A DNA stretch of 64,000 bases from Girardia tigrina (Eukaryota), in NCBI GenBank assembly GCA_001938485.1, contig MQRK01168403.1, positions 7,199 through 71,198 of the forward strand, read 5' to 3'. Under the pieces are notes generated by a model that saw only the letters and a list, made by a program, of their open reading frames with translations, did no database searches and had not been told where the DNA came from. How positions within the stretch are numbered: the stretch's first letter is position 1; each line of letters begins with the position of its first letter. Both the position numbers and the translations under genes were made by a program. Of this stretch, positions 51,824-64,000 are shown in pieces.

Positions 51824-52790
51824 CAAGGTTTTTCATTTGAAATGCGACACTTTTGCATTTGAAATGTGACACTTTTTCAATTGAAATGCGACATTATAAA
51901 AATTATAAAACTTTTCATTTAATTAAAATATGTCATTTTCCATAGATTTACATAAAAACGGTATGTTTATAAGTTTTTTAAAATTTAGAACTCCATTTTT
52001 TCAATATTTTAAATTTTGCCATGACTGGGAAAACAAACCTGACAAATAACATTCTTGAACGAATTACCTCAGCGTTTGAAGGTGGTGTGCAGGCAGCAGA
52101 AATCACCACCACTTTTAACGTCAACAAAGCAACTGTGTACCATATCCTAAAAAATATACTGATATTTGGCAGGTCTGCGCTAAAGTTAAAGGTAGTAATA
52201 ATTTCAAGTGCCTAACACCTGATGTAAGTGAACTAGTCCAAAGCTTGAGTAAAGAAGATTGCTCAATACCATGTAGCAGTATAAAAAAAATATCAAAGAC
52301 AAATTTGATATTGACTACTCAATTTCGACAATCCATCGACAGTTACAGCAGTTTACTTACAAGGTGAAGCTAATTACTCTACTGCCTCTTGCTCGTAATT
52401 CGGAGGACCAGATAGAGCGTAGATTTCAGTATGCTCTTAACTGGGCGGCTCTGATTGCATAAAGCGATGGCAGAAATATCATTTTTCTAGATGAAGCTGG
52501 ATTCTGAATTAGTTTACGCAACAGATATGGTCGTGATCACCAGAGTCAACCTGCTATTCAAAGGATGCAAGCAATTAGGCGCCAAAATATCAGTGTTTGC
52601 TGTGCTATAATCAAACAATCTGTTTTTTATTATAAAAAAATAAGACTGTGTCTATAATACTGTTACAATTTTAACGTTTCTGGAGGAAGTAATTTTAAAA
52701 TTAACAGAAATTAATAGTGATAGAATGATTTTTATAATGGACAATGTTCCATTTCATAAATCATTGTCGGTTATTGGAAAAGTTGAGTGC
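51824..52790 (+). mobile_element. Decayed IS630/Tc1-like element
   Basis: TA|CAAGG start with three ~21-bp subterminal repeats (TTGAAATGYGACAC); HTH, IIFLDEAGF, IMDNVPFHKS. Confidence 0.85.
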
Positions 52791-52974
52791 TTCAGGACAA
52801 TAAAATCTAATTTTATTTTTTAAAATCTATATACTAATTTAAACAAAAAGGATTGTGGAGGAAGTGTTGAACAAAGAGAGGAATGAAGTTTATGTCATAT
52901 TAAATAGAAGCATTCATTTTTCAAAACATTGCTTATAGTTTTTTTTCACATCTGTCATTTGTATAGTCTTACAA

Positions 52975-53052
52975 AATCCGGCTAAAGACCGACCAAATTA
53001 TGGCCGAAGCCGAATTTTTAAAAAGGGCAGAAAACCGGCTCCGGCATGACCC
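52975..53052. mobile_element. Short hAT-like terminus
   Basis: CCGG/CCGA repeats ending CCGGCATGACCCT. Confidence 0.4.
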
Positions 53053-53955
53053 TCCTTTCAATAGTCAACTTTTTAATTGTGGTGAAATGAGGCCTAACAT
53101 TGTCATGCTGTAAAATTATCTGCACCTTATTGGTTCTCTTTGTTTTGATTGCAGTATTTACTTGCTTGAGTTGTTCACAATAAAGTTCAGCATCGATTGT
53201 TTGGTTTCTTGCAAAATTTTGAAATGAATAATACTAACTGGGTCCCACTGAACACACAATAAAATTTTGCATTGGTGAACTTCGGGTTTAGGACGTGGTT
53301 GTGATTCTTTGGAGGACTTACCCAAGTATTTTAGTTTTTCAAATTTACATACAGACACTATTTGTCATCGCCTGTCACGATCCTGGAAAGAAAAGTTTGA
53401 TTTTTGGTGATTGTTGGATTGATTGTTGTTGGATTGAAAGGAGACTGTTGGAGTACTAGTAAAGATGCAGAAATCGAAACACGCTGATTTTTGTGACTTT
53501 CTTTGAGAAGTTGAGGTACCCATGATCAAATCTTTTGAAATTTTCCCAAATAGTGGTGTGATCATAATCCATGGCTTGTCCAAGCGATCGTGGCAATAGA
53601 CTCGGATCAACATGAATCAATTGGTTCAAACAGTCTTCATCAAAATCACTAGGTCATCCTGACCGAGGTACATCGTTTAAATAAAAATTTTCACTGTTTA
53701 ATTTCAAAAACCACTTTTGTGTTGTTCGTTCACTTCATAATTGGAAAATATCATTCTGGGGGCTTTTGTAGCATTTAAATATTGATTAAAATAGAAAAGG
53801 AGTAGATAACAGAAATGTACGTTTTTATTTACTTGACACTCATTTTAATGTTGGAAATAATAGTGAAAGTTAGTCTTAAATGATTTAAATAAATAATTTA
53901 GCAGAACGAATTTTACTCAAATCAGTTGAAATAAGAAGTTGGTATGTTTTCTTTG
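53053..53955 (-). mobile_element. Decayed mariner
   Basis: RSG(R)P, WVPQL, VTGDDK, KILLCVQWD, QHDNVRPH. Confidence 0.85.
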
Positions 53956-53959
53956 CAAC

Positions 53960-54497
53960 AAATAAAACCACACGAACATTTGCACTTACCTAATAGCTTG
54001 AGACCCCCATTTTTTGCATTCTTTCCTCGATAGGCAGAGCTTTCCAGATCTCGAGCACCTCTGCATCGTGTACCTCCGTTTGAAACTCCGTTTCTTCCAT
54101 ATCTCCCTGACAAACTTAAACTGATCCTGTTCCTTCTTCACAGTATTGATGATCTTCTTCTTCAGCGCAAAGTCAGTCCGCTTGCATTTCTAAGCGGACA
54201 TCATGAACTGAATTTGAAAAAAAATAATATCACTGCTATTACTGAGTCAGATAAAATTCAAATCAATATTAATTAAAATTCTTAAATTAAAATGCGAAAA
54301 TCTAAATTTAAGTTTATTTATGAAGATTATCACTGAGTGTGATAATCAAGTGTTGCGTAGAAATACAGACATTTCATGACTCTCGCATGTTAACAGTCTC
54401 ATGATAGTGGCTTAGGAAATTTATTTTGTATCGCATTTTGCCGGGACAAAGTAAAAGTGGTATAAGAGCGTAGCGGCATAGTTAAGAGATTTGACTG
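53960..54497 (-). mobile_element. pogo/Tigger-like 5' end
   Basis: TA|CAGTCAAATCTCTTAAC terminus; CENP-B/psq-like start MSA.KCKRTDFALKKKII. Confidence 0.65.
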
Positions 54498-55010
54498 TAT
54501 CTATAATTCAATGACTGGTCTGGATTTTTTGCATTATTTTATTTTTGAAAATGTATATTATACTCTTCGTAGTTCCTTTTCAGACTATTCGAGATACAGT
54601 GACTAATAAAACTTTCATTTACTCTTTCTGATGTAGTAGTTATAATTTAAATCATCAAAAACTCATTACTCAAATTAATTTTTGTTTGCTAAGTAGCTTA
54701 GACTATAAAAGTTATAAAATAGTATTGAATTATTTTTTAAATAAAAATTTATACAAGAAAATCCAAGAAATTAACTACTATTAGTAATAAGTAATCATTT
54801 TTAAATAAATGTTTGGTGAATACGTTTAACAAGGATTTTTCTAATTTTTTTTATATATTTTATTTTGCTAATATTTACGTATATGTTTATATTTTCGTTC
54901 GATTATGTTCAAATCTCGTATATAAATTTACATTTAATGAATGAAATGACACATACATTGGAGAGACGTCTCGTCATCTCTGGAGGACAATCCAAGAACA
55001 TGCTCGGAAT

Positions 55011-55200
55011 TAGAGGTTGCAATCCCGGGATCCCGGCTATTTCGCGGGATTGAAATCCCGGGAAAATGAGGTCGGGATCCCGGGATTCAAAATTATATAA
55101 CTTTTTTCAAAATTTTAAAGTATTCGATATCAAAGTGAATTAAAATAAAATCGATGACAAGACAAAAATTTCAGAATTTTATTTTATTAAAAATTGATTT
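55011..55200. mobile_element. hAT-like terminus
   Basis: TAGAGGTTGCAATCCCGGGATCCCGG with repeated ATCCCG/CGGGAT motifs. Confidence 0.6.
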
Positions 55201-55570
55201 TACTCGGAATGTAAGTGGGAGTAAAATTGCAGAACACAGAAAGGGTTGTAATTCGAATGAAAATATAAACATAAATGATTTTAAGATTCTATGTACTCGC
55301 TTTAAAAACTATTGGGAGAGGGTGGCCTGTGAAACACTTTATATCAGATCGTTAGATCCTAAGATTAATATGCAAACGTGTCTCTCGAAAACCTTATTGA
55401 GTATGTTTAGATGACATAATTATTCATTGATGACACAATCACTGCTTGCTTATATAAGCAGATTTAAAAATCATTTTTCTTGAGACCTGACGATGACGGT
55501 TATACCGTCGAAATTAATTGTCGTAAAAAATATATTTTATATATGGCGTGTTTTTTGTTTTTAGACATAA
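55200..55570 (+). mobile_element. Penelope-like element 3' end (GIY-YIG C-terminus + 3' region)
   Basis: IAEH...C...DFKIL...ERVACETLYIRSLDPKIN, typical of the PLE GIY-YIG tail; followed by a hammerhead. Confidence 0.85.
55476..55530 (+). ncRNA. Minimal type I hammerhead ribozyme
   Basis: TTGAGAC-CTGACGA-T-GACGGT(TAT)ACCGTC-GAAA-TTAA-TT^GTCGTAA. Confidence 0.82.
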
Positions 55571-56099
55571 GTTGCCATTATTTTTTAATTTTCTGAATCT
55601 TAACATATTTAAATTTTAATTTATATAAAATTTAATTTAATCTTATTTCAAAAATTTTCCTTTTTGCAATTTTTTCCTTTTGCAAAATTTTCCTTTTTGT
55701 TTATTTACAGTTGCATTGAGAATTTGTGGATTTCAATAGCTGTACTTCTCACTACAAATCTTTAGTGTATATCACAAGGAAATGGTTTTATTAATCATGG
55801 AAAGATATTTATTGTTCCGTAATTATTTTGGTAAGAACAAAAAGTGTTTTCATATATATAATGACCTAGTAAAAATTATTGATGTGAATATATTAAGCTT
55901 AAAGAAAAAAGTAGGTAGATCTAGATTAATACAAAGAAATGCTAGTTTGAGAAGAGAAAAAAATTAACCCTGTTAATAAAACACTTATGTTTTAGACAAA
56001 TTTGTTATATTAAATTGTGGATTTGGTAATAAATTTTGGTTTGGTGTAATATGTTTTGGGTAAAAAACATCGGACCTTTAAAAAAATGGACTCACAATT

Positions 56100-56880
56100 T
56101 AGGTTTAGGAAAATTCATCGAAAATATATTCGTCGAAAAACTAATTCATCGAAAGACAAATTCATCGAATGACAAACTCATTTTTTAAATTTTTAACTAA
56201 GTTTTTTTTAATTTGGTACAGCTTCATTTCCATGTTACATGTATCGAATTTGATTTTACGTTTCAACATTCTTTTAGGCTTAATACTAATAAGTTAGTAA
56301 ATAAATAACCAATTAATCAGTAAAAATATTAATAGGTTAGTATATAAATACCAAATTCACCAATTAAAAACTTAATCGGGCTGTAAAAATGATATAATAT
56401 CAATAAAAAACGATTAAGATTAGTAAAAATGTATTTATCATTGCACAATCAAGGCTTTCTTTGATTTTGCCGACCTACCGCGTTTTTGTTTTTTGTCAAG
56501 AGGAACTTCTTTAGCTGTTGCAGGTGGTTTGCATTGTTTGAGATGAATACCCATACAAACAACGTGTTTACAGATTTAATCCTTCAGAAAGGCTTAGCAA
56601 TTACGCATAGAATTCATCCAATTGGTAACTTCTTCCATTCACCAAATGCTAAAAGATTTTTTGAATTGCGTGAAAGTGGTTTTTTTATATTTATATTGTT
56701 TTTTTTATATTTAACCAAATCATTTTCATTTACTTTCTCCCGGACACCAGCCGGTATGTAATACACTCGTCTTGGGACTTCATCTTCACCAATGATATCT
56801 TTTGAAGATTTGACCCATTGATAAGACTTAGTCCAAAGTTTCAAAGAGATAAATGGTTCTGAGGCGAATAGTTTGGTATT
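56100..56880 (-). mobile_element. MULE-like transposase C-terminus (SWIM finger) and subterminal repeats
   Basis: NC.AFLKD.ICKHVV...CKPPATAKEVPL; four ATTCRTCGAA repeats at ~56113-56170. Confidence 0.7.
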
Positions 56881-59185
56881 TGTGAGGGATAATTTGGAAT
56901 GTTGTAAGTTTGTTGTTTGTATGCTGTTTTGATATGTGACTCTCCTACTCAGACGGGATTGATATGTTTATTGATTTATTATTTGAATCTAATGATATTG
57001 ATTATAAATACTAATTAATTAAAGTTTTATAATTATGAATTTTAATAATATTTTTAGTAAACGATTTTAACTTATTAAATTTAATATATTTTAAAAATTA
57101 ATGTTCATTTAAAAAATTACGCAATGCCTTTTCATCCAATAAAATTTAAGAAATTAAAAATTAATATACATATGAAATTTTAGATTTGAATACTTAAACA
57201 AAAACTATATCAATCAGATCAAAGCAAGGAAGTTATATTGCAAAATAAAGAGACTTCCAACTCCAGAAGAGGAGCATTTAGCCAGAGGGGATTGTTGTTA
57301 CTGTGGAAAACATGGGCACTTGAGGAAAGATTGTCCTTTAAATAATCGTTGTTTAATCTGTGGAAAACGTGGACATGGGTTCAGAAACTGTAATCATATT
57401 AAGAATGTTAATGCAGTATGCATCAAAGATGTGTACAATGAAGACATCATGGATATCGTATCATATAAAGATGAATATGAAATTGATTTAAACGATAGAG
57501 ACTCCATGGTGAGCATTTCGTCTGTGGAGTCGGCATAAAATATCCAAAAAATCGAATTGCAGAGATAGTAGAGGGGTCAGATGATAGATGGTGGAGAGAT
57601 GTTAAGCTGAACAATCACAATGTATTAATGTTGTGGGATAGTGGAGCGGGTGTTTCAGTTATTAGTGAGAAGGTTTTGTGGGAAATCGGACAACCCAGAT
57701 TAGAAAAGAGCCCAATTATACTAAATGGAGCGTTTTCAGAAGGCCATAAGTGTTTAGGAAAAATGACAGTGAAGTTGAAATGGAAAGAAGAGTGCCATGC
57801 GGTAGATTTTTTAGTGGTGAAAGCAATCCGACCGGCAGTCATTGGAGGTGTTAATGTCATGCCTAAATTCGGAATCAAACTTGAAAAAAACTACCAAGAA
57901 GTCAGTTGTGACAGTGGAGAAAGATATGAAACTACAAGAGCAAAACAAACGACTAGAAGACCTTGTGAAACGATATGAATTTGTTTTCATGAAACAGGAA
58001 TACGATCTGGGATTTACGGATATTGTTGTCCATAAAATTGAAACAGAAGGTAAACCGATTTTTCTGAATCCAAGAAGACAATCGATTCATTTAGAAAGTT
58101 AAATCGAAGGATTTCTGAAAGGATTAGAAAATGCAGGAATAATTCGGAAATGTAAAAGTGAATGGTACTCCCCGTTAGTCATTACGCCAAAGAAAGATGG
58201 AGGTATTCGAATTTGTTTAGATTTCAGAAAATTGAATGATGTATCAAAGAAAGTTTCCTTTCCAATATCAGACAGCCAAATGTTAATGGATGCTCTGGGT
58301 GGCTCCAGAATTTTTTCCAGTATAGATCTAGGTAAAGCATACCATCAAGTAGCATTGGATGAAAGTTCTCAAGAAAAGACTGCGTTTTGCACAAGAACAC
58401 ATTAGTATTGTTTTAACCGTGTACCGTTTGGACTTTTAATAGCACCCGGAACGTTTCAGACAATAATGAATTAATAATTGGAAGATTTACTATTCTCTGG
58501 AGTAGTAATATACCTAGATGATGTCTTAATTTACTCAAAATCAATGAAGGATCATATGAGACTATTAGAAGAAGTACTGACTAGACTGAAGAAAGTAGGT
58601 TTAAAAGTCAATCCAGGGAAATGCAAATTCGAAGTGGGGGAGCTGATATTTCTGGGACATACAATTAACAAAGAAGGTATCTCAACAAATAAATTGAAAG
58701 TGGCAGAAATTCAAAATTTTCCGATTCCAAAGTGTACTCGAAATTTACGAGCATTTTTAGGTCTGTGTAACTACTAACGACGGTTTATCAAGAATTACGC
58801 AGAATTAGCAGCACCTTTGCACAATGAATGTAGCGAAAAATGTAAAGAAATATTTTGGTCAAAGGAGTGCGACAGAAGTTTTAACGAGTTGAAGAAAAAG
58901 CTATATGGTGCACCAATATTGGCACTTGTGAAACCGAATAATAATTTAATCTTAGATACAGATGCATATATTCGCATGGATAGGAGCAGTTTTAAGTCAG
59001 ATATCAGAAGAGAAAGAAGTAGTAATCAAGTATGCATCGAATTTTAACCACACATGAAAAAGGGTACTGTGTAACAAGAAAGGAACTATTAGCTTTACAA
59101 GAGTTCATGTTACATTTTAAGCAATATTTATATGGCAAGCGCTTCACAGCAAGAACTGATCATAAAGCACTGGTGTATATGAAGA
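56881..59185 (+). mobile_element. Ty3/gypsy fragment: partial LTR B, gag knuckles, PR, RT, RNase H
   Basis: LTR 56881-~57217; CCYCGKHGHLRKDC and CLICGKRGHGFRNC; LWDSGA; YLDD; YCVTRKELLAL, RTDHKAL. Confidence 0.93.
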
Positions 59186-59560
59186 TCAAAATTTTTTTCG
59201 CTCAATCCTCGTATATCATGAATTTTTGTGCACTCGACATGTTTAGCTATAGTCTTGAAACTGTAACGTCTTCTTTATCTGCATGATACAAAAAATACAA
59301 TTCGGTGGAACATTTTTTTCATTGTGCTTTTTAACCTTCTTCCAACGATAGTAGACTTTTCGTCCATCGTAACTTCGGTTCCGATACATGCATACCCAGA
59401 GTGTAACCAATGATAGTGCTTTGATAGCCTCTTCTTCGTTGTTGCATGTTGCAAATTTAACCCAATCTTTGCGTTTCTTTTCTTTCTTTTTTTGTTCGAT
59501 GCTATCTTCTTGCATCTCAATGTCAGTTTTTTCATCGCATTGAAAATCTTCAATGCGAAG
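59186..59560 (-). mobile_element. MULE-like transposase N-terminus
   Basis: W...Y.NRSYDGRKVYYR(C/W)KKVKK...LYFLYHAD; same strand as the SWIM fragment on the other side of the gypsy. Confidence 0.6.
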
Positions 59561-59595
59561 GGTATTTATTGCCTTAACCTTAATAGGTTAATTAA

Positions 59596-61150
59596 CACTA
59601 GAAGAGTGGAAAAATTGACATACCTAGAACAGCGTGAATGGTCATTTTGACCTTCGCTCGAAACTTTTGTGCAAAAAGACGTTTGACTGCCGTTCTTGAC
59701 ACCAAGAAGTCATCAAATTAAATGGTTATAAGACAAATAGATATTGTCTGTTCTAATTCTATGGCTGTATGCATATATATGTTATCCATCATTCATTTTT
59801 TTCATTCTTTGATTCGTAAGGATATATTGATTAGCTTACATATATAAATCTATTACCATGATATTTCATTCTTTATAGATAAATGAGTCGAAATATTTTT
59901 GAAGAATTAGCCAAATTTAGAGCATTGCCTGAAGATGTGTCTGGAGATGAGTCCTGGAGCAATGCGGACGAAGAAATCTTGTCAGAAAAGTAAGAGGCAG
60001 ACTCAAGTAGCAGTGAATCTGAAAGTGATGACAACCTCAGTATGCTACTTTACTTTGCTAAGTGCGGAACGGAGTGAAATTTGGACCAGCACGTTCCCCA
60101 AGTTGGAAGAGAAGCAGCACACAATGTTTTCATAGCGAAACCTGAGACTGCTAAGAGACTTATATCGGCCAAAGAGAGCGTAGTTGATGCATTTTTGCTG
60201 ATGTTTGAATATGAAATGTTGGAGAAAGTTAGGGTAAGCAGTATATACTAATAAAATAGCATAAAAGATAGCTTAAAATCATACCTCTTTGTCCCAGATT
60301 TACACAGTTGCCGAAGCGGAGAGGTGCTTAAAGAAATGTTGGTCCTAATCTCTATCTGATTTTCCAGTTTCTATTGGTCTTCTTTACGTACAAGGTTTGT
60401 TGGGCGCTAAATATGTACCCCTGGATGACCTATGGAGTTGCAAGTAGCGTAACGATATTTTCAAGCGCATTTTGGAAAGAGACAGATTCAGGGAGATTAT
60501 GCTATTAATCCGTTTTGATCTAAAGACAACAAGAAGTACCAGGCTTCCAAGTGATAAATTCGTTCTTTTCTCGGAATTATGGGAACCCTTTGTCAATAAT
60601 TGTCAGCATAAATACACGCTCACAGCTATTTCATGCCAAATCAAGGTGTGGATTTACACAATACATGGGTAATAAACTCGAAAAATTTCGGAATTAAGTT
60701 TTGAATAATTTGTGGAGTGCGATTCGAAATATTTATTACATGGCATCCCTTTTTAGATAACAAAATGTTTTTTAATACTACGAATATAAAGATGTGTAAG
60801 AATTCATCCCATGCTTCTTGTTTATTGCATGAAAAAATGATTCAAGAACAGACCAAATGTTAGCAGAGCATGTGGTGATGCTCTTCAAAAGTGAAAGGAC
60901 AGCATATTTCCCGTAGACGTTTTATGAAAAAACTGGTGGAGGATTTAACGGCTTCTGGAGTCCGCAAACGCAAATCTCCTCATGTGTTGCCCGTGCCTTC
61001 CCCAGTTGGTAAATGTTTGAAATGTTCAGGTTGTGCAAATATAACAACTGACCGATGTGTTGGCTCTTAGAAGCTGATCTGTGGTAAGTGTGCCTCAGTA
61101 AAGAAGGTTCAAAGCAAGTGCAGCGCCTGTGTACAACCCAGAGTTTCTTG
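59596..61150 (+). mobile_element. Decayed piggyBac element
   Basis: TTAA|CACTAG terminus; acidic N-terminus; RDRFREIMLLIRFD, KFGIKF; Cys-rich C-terminus (C..C...C...ICGKC); internal deletion. Confidence 0.88.
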
Positions 61151-64000
61151 CTGCATATGTTGTATGTTTTGCTACTGGGTCAATATACCATAGACTATCA
61201 TTCCACTTCTTCAACAAAAGATGTTTTATCGTTGTTCACCATAGCAAAACAAATATTTTATACATTTTATCCTTTAACTGCTGACTTATGATACACCATA
61301 ATACTAAATCTTATTTATCAAACAAAATGATCTGTCAAAATCAAAATAAAAAAATACTTGTAAGAGTGTAATATATCTAAATGTAATCAAAAACATAGAT
61401 CTACAATTGATATCAATATAATTAATAAAAACGGTTTAATAATCAAGAATATTAAATTCCATACGACATCAAAATAAATTGAAAAACAAAATGCAAATTG
61501 AACAGCTAGCTCCACAACCGAATTGTTTACTCACAACCCTAGAACTAATAAAAACTTATTCTGAAAATACCAACAAAAATTAAAGCCTCAAATAATCACA
61601 ACCGCTGCTATAAATCAGTTGAAGATTTATAGATTTCTTAATCAATAAATGGAAATAGTATAAACATCATTTTTCGGAATTCTGTGACAAGTAAAAAACA
61701 GCTCAGTTTATCATGGCAATGAAAAGATTTATTTCCAAAGTTTCTCAAAAAGCTCCATAAAGTTGTCATAAATCATGAAAGTTATGCCCACATCAAGACA
61801 TACGCGGCTAAGTCGTGGAATGGTTCCCTTATAAAATCTAGCACATGTAATTCAATTAAAAGATTACAGATCACAAAATTCTTACGCTCGTGGACCTTCA
61901 TTTTTAAAAATTTTCACAAAACAGTCAAAAGTGTTTTTGTATTGCCCAGAATCCAAGCCCTGAATTAGTAATATATTATCTGTGGATCACTTTTTTAAGT
62001 ATTTCATATCATAAAATTTAATAAACAATAAATAAAAAATGTGCATTTTAAACTTAAAAAAATAATAATTGATTAAAAAAGTCCCGCAAAAACGTATTTT
62101 AGGAAAAAATCTTACATACATTATCTTTAAGTAAATCCTCCTAATGGACATCTCAAAAGTTTTGATCCTTGCCATACGTGAATGAAAACATTGCATGTCA
62201 TTTAAGTAAGAATTGCAAATGTCGGAGATCCGTCAAAACAGTACAGAGCAATTATTCATGAAAATTGTTTTGGAAATTATAGCATGTCATTATTAAGTTA
62301 ATGAGATCAAAGATCTCTTTAATGTAAAGCGATGGATAGAAAGGACATTGCCAAAATCACATACCAAATAATTTATTTAGAAAATGCACATTTTATATTA
62401 TAATTTCAAAAATAAAAAAAACAAACTAAAATAAAAATTCTCAAAACAATATATAAAATTTATAAGAAAAATCACAATTTAAAATTACAAAAAAAAAGAA
62501 TATTAATTCACAATTTTTAAAGTACTGTCCACCCTCGTTTCCGGGGCATTCTTTATGGTGGAGTACCTTGATTTCTGGGAAAATTTTAGTTTTTGGGGCA
62601 AGTTTTAAGATTTTTATAAACACATCAAAATATTAATTTTTAATAATTAAGAGTAATTCATATAAAATAGTTTTATAAGATTTTAAAAGAAAAAAGAATG
62701 AACTAAATAAATGAAATTGGCGTAATATGGATTTTTTTAAAAAAAGGAGGAATGAAAATACCAATAATAAAAGTTGAAAAAAACGATGAAAATTTATTTA
62801 AATTTATGTACAATATTATAAATAAAAATTTGGATCATCATGACTTCTAGTTCTAATATTGAAGAAAGCAAACGCTACTAATAATTATACAAAAATGCTT
62901 TATCAACAATAAAAAGCATCACGGATTCTTTCTAAAAATCTGAAAATCCTAGACGACATTCTAATAACACAGGATTTCCTTAAATTTCTTGAAAACGCAA
63001 TCTCTATCTTTGAATATTATTCCAGTTCAATTCAGTAATAAAAATTACCATATCTTAATAATATTGTTTTCACAAAAGTTTTTAGGGTATCATCAATCTG
63101 CCTCACGAGTTTTCAGGTTGTCTATAAGGTCTCAGGTTGATCGGATATCATGCCATGCATATTCTATGGTTTATCAGTGTTGCATTTGCAATTTATCGGT
63201 CATTAAAAACTCTTGTTTCTTTTTAACTCTCTCAAAGATTTTGATGTTTCATCCAATCTTTATAATTTCCTTAAACCTTCTAATCTTACCTCATTCGTTA
63301 CTTTGTGACAAAATTTAGCTTCTAAGTTATGTACTTGGAAATGTTGTTTTATAGTTTTTTTCTTTATTCTTACATTGTAACTCTACTCTAAAATTCTTTT
63401 ATAATTTTATTTGGTTTAATGCTAGTCACGATAATTAAAGCTATCTCAACTGCTCGCTTATCCAAACAATCTAGGTGACTACTATTTGCATAAAACAGTT
63501 TAAAATCTGAATTTTCCAATATTATGTTTGATAATTTCTTGAAAAATTTCTTACTTATATTACCCCTGGTGTCTCATAAAAAGTCATCCAAGTTGCTTTA
63601 TATCTTCACGTTTGTTCTTGGTTGCCCTTGAATGTTATCCAAAGATATTGTTTCCCATTTACACTTCTCTATCGATAAAATTTTGTTTGTATATTTAATT
63701 TTAAGGAACGGTTAAACAACTTCTAAATTCGTTTTCAAATGTTTTGTTTGTGAATGTGTTATATCTTTTACTATCGATTTGATTTCCATAACACTTGTTC
63801 CTTTTTTCACTTTGTCTATAATTTTTAATATATAACTACTACCATTGCAGCTATGAATAGTTTAAAAGTCTCTGTTATCTTTGATTGCATGGCCCCAACT
63901 GGCTCCACAAATTTCGATTCCTTATCTTTATCCTTGATATCGGTCACAAATATTTGATTAACTACTAATTTCATTTCTTTCGTGTTTTTACATTTTCTTG

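Noticed and set aside
51830-51895. Short direct repeats resembling a CRISPR array (also 56113-56170)
   Set aside because: No unique spacers, eukaryotic context; explained as transposon subterminal repeats.
61400-64000. Weakly coding-like stretches at the window end
   Set aside because: No recognisable motif or sustained frame; cannot be assigned without a search.

Overview
Very AT-rich eukaryotic (animal) genomic DNA with three N-gaps, made up mostly of nested, decayed transposable elements. Composition and TE content suggest a planarian-like flatworm; this is inference only. The only clearly intact host gene is an intronless rhodopsin-family peptide-type GPCR (24042-25163, minus strand). 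The repeats are: Ty3/gypsy elements and solo LTRs; about seven Tc1/mariner-superfamily relics plus a pogo/Tigger end; hAT, MULE, Chapaev3 and piggyBac relics; RTE-type and RLE-type LINE fragments; and Penelope 3' ends with hammerhead ribozymes. Most notable: (1) a gypsy group whose divergent LTRs mostly end in TA, so LTR end + PBS spells an ATG, and whose U5 encodes an in-frame Cys/Asn-rich Gag leader; (2) two co-varying minimal hammerheads; (3) two related LTR-like units carrying GC-rich orphan ORFs; (4) a twin-priming-like 5' inversion in an RTE LINE; (5) a U5-U3 LTR-LTR junction. Everything was read by eye, and boundaries of decayed elements are approximate.
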